Part shown: in pieces, positions 1 through 18,492 of the stretch
Layout of the letters: every line of letters begins with the position of its first letter
How positions within the stretch are numbered: the stretch's first letter is position 1
From: Fimbriosthenelais zetlandica
Taxonomy: Eukaryota
Reading direction: 5' to 3'
DNA length: 64,000 nucleotides
Assembly (NCBI GenBank): GCA_977030845.1
Contig: OZ365111.1
Location: forward strand, 48,112,001 to 48,176,000
The notes under the pieces: generated by a model
What the model saw: the letters and a program-made list of their open reading frames with translations, nothing else
Databases searched by the model: none
What the model was told of the DNA's origin: nothing
Program-made: the position numbers and the translations under genes

Positions 1-1177
1 AAAGAAAATATGAAAATTTTAAATGGCAATGTGGTTCTTTATGCTGGATAAATGGATGATCTTAAATGAGAATTAATTTTATTTACGCCAAACTGCCTTA
101 GCTTTTATAAGCAGGAGGTTGATGTTTCGTCTAAGAGTCTCCTTCTAAGTTATTGATTATTATAATCTTAACAACATATTTTGTGATGCGATCAGAATAT
201 CCAAAATAATCCATGTTCCAGTTACCACTATTTCTGCACCAGTTCATCTCATTAGAAAGATACCAAACTATTTTTGTAAACTCGAGTAGGTATTAGAGGT
301 AATAAATACAGTAGTTGTTTAGTCCGTTTGAATTTAAAAAGGCAAACATTTATTTTTTGAGTCCACACTTGGTTGATGGTGGATTCCCCTGATGTTTGTG
401 TATTCGCGTCGCGAATTTTGAATTGGTCCAGCCCCAATCCAAATTGTGATCCAGGCCGGCCCAGATCACAATTTTGATCTGGGCTGGACCAATTCAAAAT
501 TGGTCCAGCCCCAATCAAAATACATATTTTGTGATGCGATCAGAATATCCAAAATAATCCATGTTCCAGTTACCACTATTTCTGCACCAGTTCATGTCAT
601 TAGAAAGATACCAAACTATTTTTGTTAACTCGAGTAGGTATTAGGGATAATAAATACAGTAGTTGTTTAGTCCATTTGAATTTAAAAAGGCAAACATTTA
701 TTTTGTGAGTCCACAATAGGGTGTGAATGTCGCGTCACTCTTCAATCTTTAGCTACGGCCTATTCCATAAAAAAGGTCGCGCTAAAATTGTTATTTAAGT
801 ATAGGATAGGGAAGGGTCGCACTAAAATATAGGCCTAACACCCAATCACTTATTAACCTCGGGAGGTGTTAAAAAAAATTAACGCCCCCCCCCCCCCCGC
901 CTGGAATAAAGTACCACAAACAAAGAATTAAGGATTTCACATTTGGGGGAAAAGGAAAATATGAAAATTTTAAATGGCAATGTGGTTCTTTATGCTGGAT
1001 AAATGGATGATCTTAAATGAGAATTAATTTTATTTACGCCAAGCTTTTATAAGCAGGAGGTTGATGTTTCTTCTAAGAGTCTCCTTCTAAGTTATTGATT
1101 ATTATATTCTTAACAACATATTTTGTGATGCGATCAGAATATCCAAAATAATCCATGTTCCAGTTACCACTATTTCT
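1..1177 (+). repeat. Local direct duplications: 1-235 ~ 951-1177, and 175-367 ~ 523-717 (shared core present three times)
   Basis: Near-identical text, e.g. 'aatggcaatgtggttctttatgctggataaatggatg' near 21 and near 972. 'catattttgtgatgcgatcagaatatccaaaataatccatgttccagttaccactatttct' occurs near 175, 523 and 1126. Confidence 0.9.
416..499. repeat. 84-bp spacerless imperfect palindrome centred on GGCC|GGCC
   Basis: Arm 416-457 pairs with arm 458-499 with 5 mismatches. A further truncated arm starts at about 498-520. Confidence 0.9.
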
Positions 1178-1448
1178 ACGAAATGCTCTACGAAGTGCCA
1201 CCCTAACAGCAATGCATGCCAAAATGTGTTTTAAAATATTTGGTAATTTATTAATATTTTATGTAATTTAACAGCTGAATATTTTTGTAATCGTTTTTTA
1301 TTATGAACATTTCATTAACATTTATTATGAACATTTATGTACTGTGTCTGTTAAGTGTCACTGGAATATTTGAACTAGGATTTTGATTTGGGCCAAGATA
1401 TCATGATTAGGATTTGGGCTGGACCAGATTAAAATCCAACCCGTCCTT

Positions 1449-1627
1449 CCGGCCCAGTTTTGAATTGGTCCAGCCCCAATCCAAATTGTGATCCAGGCCG
1501 GCCTGGATCACAATTTCGATTGGGGCTGGACCAATTTTGAATTGGTCCGGCCCAGATCAAAATTGTGATCTGGGCCGGCCTGGATCACAATTTGGATCTG
1601 GGCCGGACCAATTCAAAACTGGGCCGG
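1449..1627. repeat. Two tandem spacerless palindromes (1463-1536, 1535-1618) enclosed by 16-bp inverted repeats; foldback/MITE-like
   Basis: Palindrome 1 has 37-bp arms with 1 mismatch and palindrome 2 has 42-bp arms with 3 mismatches. The outer repeats are ccggcccagttttgaa (1449-1464) and ttcaaaactgggccgg (1612-1627). Same family as 416-499. Confidence 0.88.
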
Positions 1628-2262
1628 ATTTCGATTGGGGCCGTGACATATATACAGGGGTTCGAATCCCTGTCGGGAAAACCAGTTTTCGCTCTGTTCT
1701 AGGTCAGTACAAGTATATTTTTAATGGTGAATTTAGTACAGGCAAAGGTCTAAATGTCCTTTCTTGCTGTCAATCTACTGTTCAAATATATTTTGTTAAA
1801 ACGTTCTTATAAATGTGTAATAACTAATATAATGATTAAAATGAAACCTGACCTATAATAGTTATTAATACCCTGCAGGCGAGGGGTTAATTCCTATAGG
1901 CCTAATCCTCATCCTTACCTTCATCCCCCTATAGGTCTACCCATCACTCATCGCATTCACTTCCCTGGCAGTGAATTAAATTGGGAAAAATGTTTTGAAC
2001 TTGGATATCTTTGTCCTAATAATTTGGTAGGCCTACCATTTCCCTGCTTGACAGTTTACAAGCTTGTCCCAACTATTATAAAAAGCTATTTAGATTTCTT
2101 TTTTTCTTTTTCAGAGCCGTGAATTATTTGGAATTCATCTTGTGACATGAGTTATGGCCTAGGCTAACAGCTAAGTAAAGTGGCATCAAGCTAACATCTG
2201 ATCAGCATCACTCATTGAAGTTATCAAACTTATTCAAATCCTCCAGCATCGGAAAAATCAAC

Positions 2263-2676
2263 ATGGATCTTCAAGTTTCAGGAAACACGTACTTGTGTTT
2301 TCTCGAGGACCAGAGTGGATTCCATGGAAATCTCATCACTGAGGACAAAGTGCAATATGGAATCAAGGGGAGGGAGTGTGAGGAGCCTCTGATGCCTAAC
2401 ACTGACCAGTGTGTACTGTACGGGGATGTCCACTATTATACAGTGACCATCATAGACTACAGTGACCCCAGCAAAGATGATTTAGTTATAGACAATGTGT
2501 TGAAGGTTGGTGGAGACAACTGTGTATTACAATCTGACCATCTCAACTTCAACACTCACCAACTGATTCTAGACGGCAAGGCTGAAGCTTTTATACACAA
2601 ATTCCTTTCTCCATCCCTCACAAACAGAAACTGTTACGTCTGCTTAGGTCAAATGGACATCAATTTCTCAAATTGA
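2263..2676 (+). CDS. Uncharacterised 137-aa protein, intronless CDS (MDLQVSGNTYLCFLEDQ...CLGQMDINFSN)
   Basis: Open frame 2215-2676 in AT-rich DNA. ATG at 2263 in a good context (tcaacATGg). Strong acceptor tttttctttttcag ending at 2114, implying a 5' UTR intron. AATAAA at 2724-2729. No family recognised. Confidence 0.6.
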   Translation: MDLQVSGNTYLCFLEDQSGFHGNLITEDKVQYGIKGRECEEPLMPNTDQCVLYGDVHYYTVTIIDYSDPSKDDLVIDNVLKVGGDNCVLQSDHLNFNTHQLILDGKAEAFIHKFLSPSLTNRNCYVCLGQMDINFSN

Positions 2677-5600
2677 AATGAATCAAGGGCATTTATTATG
2701 GAAAATGTATTCATATTATTTTGAATAAACATTCAACATGTAGGAGTTTTTTTGAAAACATTTATTATGTAATTGGGCATGGTATTGTTATTTTACAGAG
2801 CACATCGTAAAGAATAGTAGATATAATGGAGACTTGTGAGTCCCAAATGACACTGGACTATACAAAGGTAATAATACTGTAGGCTATACAGTGTGTGGCT
2901 AGACTTTGGGTATCCTTGTGTCGACCTAGTCGAGCGAGTAGCAGGCGTGGAGGTAGTGCATCACATGCGGGCCACTTCTGTCTACCCCATACTCACCGCC
3001 CAAAATATGGTGATTTATTGTCATTAATGATAATTATAATATTCCTATTATACACATAAACCTTGTATTTATAAACGATTAAGTTGGTATATCCTATTCA
3101 TTTTACCAGTCGACTGATTGCCATAGTATGCCATGTCGGATAGTTTGCAAGTCAAAAGTAAGTAAATCTTTGACTTGCAAAGCATCTATTATTTTTTGTC
3201 GCATGAACAGAGCTACGGGTGCTGGTGTAATGGACCCTGAATAACACATAATAATGAAACCAATAGTACACATATAATACAGGGATACTCAGACATGAGG
3301 GGTGAGTCCAGTTGATGGACAGAAGCCTTGATTGGGGTTTATTATTATGATGATGATTATTATATCTTGGCCACTACAAAACATGCAGCAGGCATGTGAT
3401 ATGAAAATGAATGCCCAACTACAGGTTGTCCAGCTCTAGAATGAGCACCATTATACATTACAGACACATTGTCAATAGGTTTTATTGCAAAGAGAGGTTG
3501 AACAACAGTCAATACCCCTGAACCTCACCTTCCCCTTTACTTCTCCCATTTTCCTTTTTAAAAAAAGATTATGTCTTGTGTATTTAAAGGGTTGAAAATA
3601 AAGGGGAAAACATAGGACAAAACAACTCACTTGAAACAAGAAATGTAACTCCTGAAAAAATATTGTACCTGTCACTCGAAACACAACTCTTATAAATATT
3701 GAGAGGGTATGCTTACACATTTATAGATTGGATATACAATGCGTAATATACGCATCCATGATCAAACAAAAACATTGAGATACATTCTTACATCTTGGAC
3801 GTTGCGCTTACCATTTTAAAAAAAGTTCCTATTCATTAGACGTTAGGGGCAAGCTTACAAGCCATGACAAACAACTTTCGAGTTATCAACAAAATATTAT
3901 AATCAACAAAGATGAATAAACTGCTTTTGATCAATTAAAAAATCCAAACCATTATGATGACCGCACCATGATATATATAAACCCTGCCCCTCACTGGGCT
4001 GAGTTGTGCTGGCCCCAACAAATACCAGGAAAATGAGAAGCAATTAATTAACTAATGAATGAATGAGACACTTGACATAATATTTAAGTGAGGATGGGTG
4101 GAACTGGTTGTGGCGGTGGTGGTGGGTGATGGATGGTGAATATGAAAGATGAGGATGGTGAAAAAATGTCTTAGGTTAGAAAACAGCAGACTCTAGACCA
4201 ATTCTATCCGGGCCAGTGATATATTCCATCTAAATCTGGCCACATCATACTAAAAGCTACATTAGTTTACCCCCATGTCCTCACATGACTATCACAGGCT
4301 GCAGTTCATATTTGAGGTAAATATCCACTTGTCTCATGTTAAGAGCAAGATTAATTATTCTTATTATTATTTTCATAATTGTCATTAACACTTTGGTACA
4401 CAGGGTGACAATTTGGCTCAATCACCCGCTAGTGAATGGACCGGGCAGAGCATTTCGGGTCTTGAATCAGAGCGTCTCAGTTCTTGAATGAAAGCCAAAA
4501 GGGACTGACAGAGGTAGAGAAAACTTGTAAGAAACCCAAAATGACACACCAGAAAGTTCTTTCATTTCGTGGTAGGGATGGACACTTTTCAAGCAAAAGT
4601 GGGTGACGATAAGATTGAAATGCAACCGTTTTTCCCCTTGTATGTCCATTTTAGGGTGTAGCAGACTTTTGGCAAACAGCTAGGAAGACTTACAATTTCT
4701 ATCTTGTAGCTGAAAATTATTTCTCCTGGTCATCCCTCTTTAGTCTTAAGCTTGAGCTTACTTTCAAATAGACTATCCCTCAGATTAGGGACCCTGATAG
4801 TCATTTTAAATGAGCCTTTCTTATTTTTTCCCGTTTTTGCAGCTTATGGAAACAGTTGTGGCCTTGTATTTTCAAAGATGAGAGGACAGGATATATGGAG
4901 GCATGTACTAAAATGAAAGTCTGTAACCTGTATATCACAACTAACATGAGTGAGCTCAGGTTGACAGTCCCGTCTATATATCTAAAGAGCGGAGTTAATC
5001 ACTTAATATTTCCCACATGTCAGGGCATTTACTTACAATGATATTATGATACCCAGTATTGGTCAAAGTATGCTCACATACAAATGAAATAAAATAAAAC
5101 TGAAACGGTTCCCCTCATTATCAGAAACCCATCTCATGGAGGGTAAATATTCAAACGATTCTAACTAATTACATAATTGAATTGGTAACAAAAGTGGATG
5201 AGAACTGCGCTGGATAGCGACAGTGGATATGCGACAAAGACATTCAAGGATAGCTGTAACCGGAGTGCCACTCGCAAAACCACAATTCTTGGCACTTGAC
5301 ATTTTGTCTTTGTAATGATTTTTTCTCACAAAATTATCTTGCAACCCAGTTTATCAATATGATATCAATTCCTCACACCAAAATAGCTTTCAACAATCAC
5401 TCCGCACTCGCACACACACAATTGATATATGATGCTAAAGCAATGTTACCTCAAAAAGTATATGCTTTCAACCCATGTTCCTAAGTAAACTTGGATATTT
5501 CCAGTACATTGGCAATATGTAGCAAGGCTCTGTAAATCTAGTCTGAAACGACAAAATTAGCGCCTACTATCTTATGTTCCCAATGTCACAAGTATTGTGA

Positions 5601-7598
5601 TGGCTGACATAGTATTGTCTATAATATCCTAAATGTGTTCAAACATATTGAACTCTTGGCAACAATTTCCTATTGGCTAGAGGCTGAAGATTGAACTTTC
5701 TTTACGGCCTTTCAAATAAAGATATCATACAAGGTGAGGTTAATGCACAGACTGGGGGCAGATTACACATTGTATTTTCTGTTAAAAGGACCAAAATGAA
5801 GAACTGAAAATGGATCTGACCAAGTGAGGTTTATGAGTTCAACGATTCAGTTAGACTGACACATTATATGATAGAAGAGAAAACAGCACCACAATGAAGG
5901 ACAAACCAGACAGTCAACATAGCAAAACCCTGCATTGGTAATCTACACGACAGACCCATATTTTGTACCCTTAAACTCACTCCAACAGAGAGTGCGTGTG
6001 TGCACATACAGACCCTTCAGCAAATTTTGTACATTTCAATGAAAACAACAAATGATATAGATATTATATAGGTGTGTGTATATATAGGTATACCTCAGTT
6101 TCCATCATGTGCTAAGGAGTTATATGAACATGGACCACCAAGACTTAGTTTCAAACACTTCAATGTTATTTCTAATGGGTTTCGCCAATAATTTATATTT
6201 GCCCGTCTAGGATTGTATCAACAAGTCTTGAGTTCAACCACATGGATAATGAAGACCATAGACATAACAATTCTGGATACAATATGAATTATATATGTGA
6301 ATATAAATATGCCAACTGAGTGCAATTTCCACCCAAGACCCTAGTATTGTTTCCTTTTTAAATAAGTCATGTATACACACGGTGTACGATGTAGATATGT
6401 TCACAATAAGGGCATGTGGAAAGTAGGCTGAAATGTAGGGTACGCACACAACAAGCCATCAAGACAAGAAGCTCCATGTCATTGTTCACTCCATGGGGCA
6501 TGGCTGTCTTCCAAATTACATCAAAACTACGTCAACCTATAGGCGACTGTAGCATCAAGTGTCGGTAATAATATCAAATTGTCAACTGTCTACCTCCCTC
6601 GAACATAGCTCGACAGGGGAGAACAATTGTGACCACATTCACCCAGCACACTACTACCCACAATTCAGACACATTTTTTTTCTCAGATTTTTGTCATATT
6701 TTTTTCGTTCTTTTTTTTAAGGTTTCCTCACACTCAAATCATGCAGTCACACATCATTAGCGACCTCTCTATATTCGGGTCAGTTGAAAGCAGTTACAAA
6801 AGAGGAAGAAAAGTTCATTTTCCCACATGCACACTTGGTATCTGTATCCTTTGTAAATCCACTAACACACACAGCACATACCATAAATATTACATAATAC
6901 ACTATATATAGATTCTTTCATATATGTATACAAATTCTGTACATAATAAGACAGTACTTATTTACAAATGGCAAACTTGATTCCCCCAATTCCTATATAT
7001 AGGATGCCTTCACAAACAGAGGGTTACCTCAGCGCGACACTCTTTCAGTATTATCACCAAGAAAGTGGCTGCAAAAAAGACAGCCAAGTGGTATATATAC
7101 TTCTATTATACACAAAGGGTTCTATGGTTGAAATTTGAAGTTACACATTCCTTCCATCAGTCTCTGAAGTAATTTCTCTCTTTCAGAAATAGCAGATTAT
7201 GTATATCAAAAACACCGGTCAACCAACAAGTATATCATAACTTTCAAATAAATATATTTATCATATATATATATTTCTGAGTATATATATATCTGTCCTT
7301 CTGAATCAATAATCATCTAAACAATTTTCCTTCCAATGTAAGTAAATTTTTCTTTTAAATTCCAAGGTAAAAGAGACAAACTGTCTAGGCATGTTGAAGC
7401 CAGGCCCTTGCAGAAAGTGAGTAACGATTTTGACTTTCAAGCCGCAATAACTTCGGATGCACTGATAGGTAAAGGTAGGAATTAACTTTTGGGACCTCAT
7501 CTGTGCCTTCAGATAATTTGATTGTTATTAACACCCAGGTCCGTACGTGGCCATTGAGTGAGAGCCAGCCTTCAACCCCCTGTTGTGAGGCTTCTTCA

Positions 7599-14821
<7,223 letters not shown>

Positions 14822-15126
14822 TTTGAGAAATAAGAGTCTCCAAATGTCGGGAAAAGTGGGTGCCTAGCGAGGAGACGATCTCAGTTGGCAGCCATATTGG
14901 AATATAATTTATTCCATTTAGGAAGGTTTCGATCAAGTAACCAATCAGAGAGGTCGTCTCATAGCACGTGATATAGCGAGCCAATCATAGCCGTGCTTGC
15001 TGAGATTGCCCCGGAATTCCTCAATGACATGCCCCGACAGTGTTGTGATGGTGTCTGCGCTAATATACTCCTATTTATCGTGTGTATTCTCGGCAATAAC
15101 TCTTAATTTGATATAGAATAGTCGCC
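14822..15126. promoter_or_regulatory. Bidirectional promoter between FBXO11 and EFCAB11
   Basis: The two start codons diverge about 305 bp apart. CCAAT at 14941 and 14981, ATTGG at 14896 and CACGTG at 14965. The interval is CpG-rich relative to its flanks. Confidence 0.75.
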
Positions 15127-16840
15127 ATGAACAATATATTTCACAGGAGCACCTTCTACCCACCCGAGAGATTGCAGGAACTTAGCGAAGAGCACAGGCA
15201 AATGCTAATTTCGGTACTGACCTAATAACCCAATAACTGAGACATGATAAAGGGGCATGCACCCCGAGTCCAGACAGAGGGAGACGGTGGGGTGGCCACG
15301 GCAGCTACGGGCTAAGCTAGGGGGTGAAACACCGGCCAAGTTGGGGTCCTATATATTTGACCTGTGTCTGTCTTTAGACTGTTTTATGGACCAATCTCAG
15401 CTCGTTTATTTGGGCCTTGTTTTAGGGACATGCCACCACTTGTTTTGAGGGGTGTGTCTCCCCTGAGACCCCCATGATCATAACATCTGATTACAGTGAT
15501 AGTGTCTTCATTAGGCGAGGCCTATTACTCCTGATTACATAAGTTGTCAGTCACAGCTAGTCTTCAGTAGATACAGTAGCTCAGCCAAAGACCAGAGATA
15601 TTTAAGGGCGTAGAGTGCGTGTGTATTGGATGGGTGGGAGGGGGGGGGGGGGGGGGGTCAACTATAAGTATACCGTAACAGTCTATTTGTAACATGGTAT
15701 CATACCTCATAGACATTATAGGCCTACTGACATAGAAATATTTCCATGAAATATATTGTAAAGGCCTAGCTATTTGCTAAAAGTTTTTAAAAAGTTCAAA
15801 AAACAAACTGAAATTTAGACTCCTCTCAAAGCTATAATTATACTTTTACAACCCTAAAAAATTATCAATATTTTCTTTTAGACTTTCCACTATGTGGATG
15901 AGCGAGGGGTTGGGTTCATCCGTCAAGAAGATCTAAAAGTTGCTGTTGTGTATTTATGTGGATATAAACCCTCCAAGGTATGACCTTTCTGAAATCAGTG
16001 ATGTGTTTCCAAATAAATTTGCGAATTTAAAATTGAAAAGTCCTACCCATAAAAAATCTACAAAAGTCATGCTTTCATTGCAGTATGAACTGAAAGAAAT
16101 GATTTCAAAATCAGCTGGAACTGACGAAATACCCTCTTCAGGTATATCACTGGAAAGATTCATACACATCATGAAGCCAAAGATGCAAGCCTTGGACGAG
16201 GACGATGAAATCAGGCAGACATTCCTTGCTTTGGATTCTAAATGTAAATTTGTTCATGCCAAAATAACGAATTACAAAATGGTATCTTTCCTATAAAACC
16301 TAATAAAGTTTATTTTATCTAAAGTTGTACCGGTAATAGACTTTAATTTGTTAACGTTTGATTTTCGGTGCGGGCTATGAGGGAAATTGAATCTAGGATA
16401 TACCGTACCCGTACCTATATTTCATTTTCACTACCGGTACCGTACTCGTAAGAAATGAAAGTCAGAAAGCATCTTTCAGTAACTCGGGCTAGGCTGTGAC
16501 CTCTGATACCACATTGATTGTGATTGTTTCTGTTTCAGGTCGTGGATTCATTTCCCTAGATGATTTAAAACTGGCCTTCAAGGAGATGGCCCCTAATCTA
16601 CCATTGTTTACTATAGAATCAGCTTTCAGGTGGGTCAGAATCATTTCTTGCTCTCCATTCCTGTCTTAGCGGTGTCTCAGAATATTATAAGGAAAATTGG
16701 AGGGATCCTACTCGAAGTCCATGTAATTAAATTATATTTCCTATTTTTTCTGCAGGGAAATTGACAGAGATGGCGACGGACGAGTCAGTTATAAGGACTT
16801 TGAGTTTATGATGAAATATAGCAAAGAAAATGGGTTTTGA
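15127..16840 (+). CDS. EFCAB11: EF-hand calcium-binding domain protein 11-like, 5 exons, 172 aa
   Basis: Exons 15127-15213, 15882-15977, 16084-16243, 16539-16629, 16756-16840; total 519 nt with consistent phases. EDLKVAVVYLCGYKPSK, RGFISLDDLKLAFKEMAP and FREIDRDGDGRVSYKDFE align with recalled human EFCAB11 (EDFKTAVVMLFGYKPSK; FREVDRDSDGHVSFRDFE). AATAAA at 17039 and 17049. Confidence 0.86.
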
Positions 16841-18492
16841 AAGAAAAAGGCTAATAGGGATTTTCAAGTCACTACATCATGCATCAATTAAGACTCCTAT
16901 TACTGCACTACCAGCAGCCACGTAGGCATACTGTGATATTTTGTAAATATTGGACGGATGTACTGAGCGTTTTATTTTTGTAGACTACATATATTTAAAT
17001 TATTTAACTCTTCCTTGGAGCTTTGTACAAGGTGTGATAATAAATTGAAATAAATTAATCCTCAAAAACGAAGTTTTTTTTGTTTCTGTCGACTATATGA
17101 ATTAGAAAGAAAGAGAAAAAGACTAATGTTGTTTTAACTTTTATTTTTATTTTTGATACACTATTTATGTATGAAAAATCTCAACACAATACCTATGTGC
17201 GTCGAACGCACACACCTCTTTATAGGAAAGGCAATAAATAAATCCTCGTACATGACATTAACCTAAGGAGAGCAGGAGAGACAATGATACGAGGGGAAAG
17301 TCGAAGATAACAATTTCAAGTTCACTGTACTTTTTTTTTCTCATAAAATCGATCCCAAAATTACAAATGGTCTGAGAAAGAAAATTTGTTTTACTGAGCG
17401 TCTCTCTCAGGCTTTGTATAGAGATATCACTTTTAACATTTTCTACACGTTTTAATACATTCCCAGTTCAACTGAGAAATCCTTTCGCATCTTTCTCGCA
17501 ATTTTATATCTGAAAGCCTTAAAGATAGAAAGTTAAAATAAAACCCATCTCAATATATGCATATTGGGGCAATGTATGGACACGGTTATTCAGCAGTCTC
17601 CTATTTCCTTGTACAAATCTAAATTTTCTAAATTGGTCAACAAGCAAAATATTCCACTGTGATAACGCGTGCACTAACATCGAAGGATACTTATCCATTA
17701 AATTATTTTAAACTGGCTAAATGGTCGTGAAAATACAATTGACTTTCTTGAGCCCATTGACAGAATCGGAGAAGAGAGCTTAATGTTCACTATCACTATA
17801 AATTACCACTTCGTACGCGTCTAAGAATACACAGTATAAAGAATAGGATTAGTACGAAGGAAAATATGATGTCATGTCTGATGAGCTGATAGAAACGATG
17901 TATTATAGTGAGGAACCATAATATCTGCCACGGAAATAATAAATATGCTACTCCAGCAACACTCTAGTATCTGTTAATTTTGGGTTCATTCTTAATGCTA
18001 AAGCCAGTCAAGTCCTTCCATTCATTCTCACCCTTTTCTTCTTAAATAAATCTTCACTGATAGTCTTTTTTTTTGTATATATAACAACTAGTTTAACAAA
18101 TCCTTTCTTTACACAATTAGAACGACCCGTAGGAAGGATGTGTGATTCCTTTCACTCAACCCGCCTACTCCAGCCAATTCTAATGCATAAAAAAATCCAC
18201 TGTACCTAATGGTGAATACAAGCGACACCTTGGGTGCTAAACGTGTAAAGTTACCATACTATTACACCACTTTTTTTTAATATATTTTTTTCAATCACGA
18301 AAGGACATGTTAAATCCTCTTTATAAAATTCGAGAAATAATGCTATCCTTTCAAAAATGAAAAAAAATCAACTTATACCATCCCAAAGAACACATATCTC
18401 CTTATCCTGAACCTTCCATGACAAAGTTAGTATAGTTTAGATGATAAATCATCATCTTCTGTGATACAAAAAGAGTTGAGCTTGTAATTTGT

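Noticed and set aside
416-1627. Palindromic repeats superficially like a CRISPR or REP array
   Set aside because: Eukaryotic context, no regular repeat-spacer alternation and no cas genes.
1654-1673. GGTTCGAATCC B-box within a T-arm-like hairpin (acaggggttcgaatccctgt)
   Set aside because: There is no A-box, D-arm, anticodon arm or acceptor stem upstream. At most a SINE fragment, not a tRNA gene.
2263-2676. Profilin-like patches in the orphan protein (LKVGGDNC..DHL; LTNRNCY)
   Set aside because: The spacing between patches (about 31 aa versus about 52 in profilin-1) and their position do not fit, and there is no N-terminal W..Y motif.
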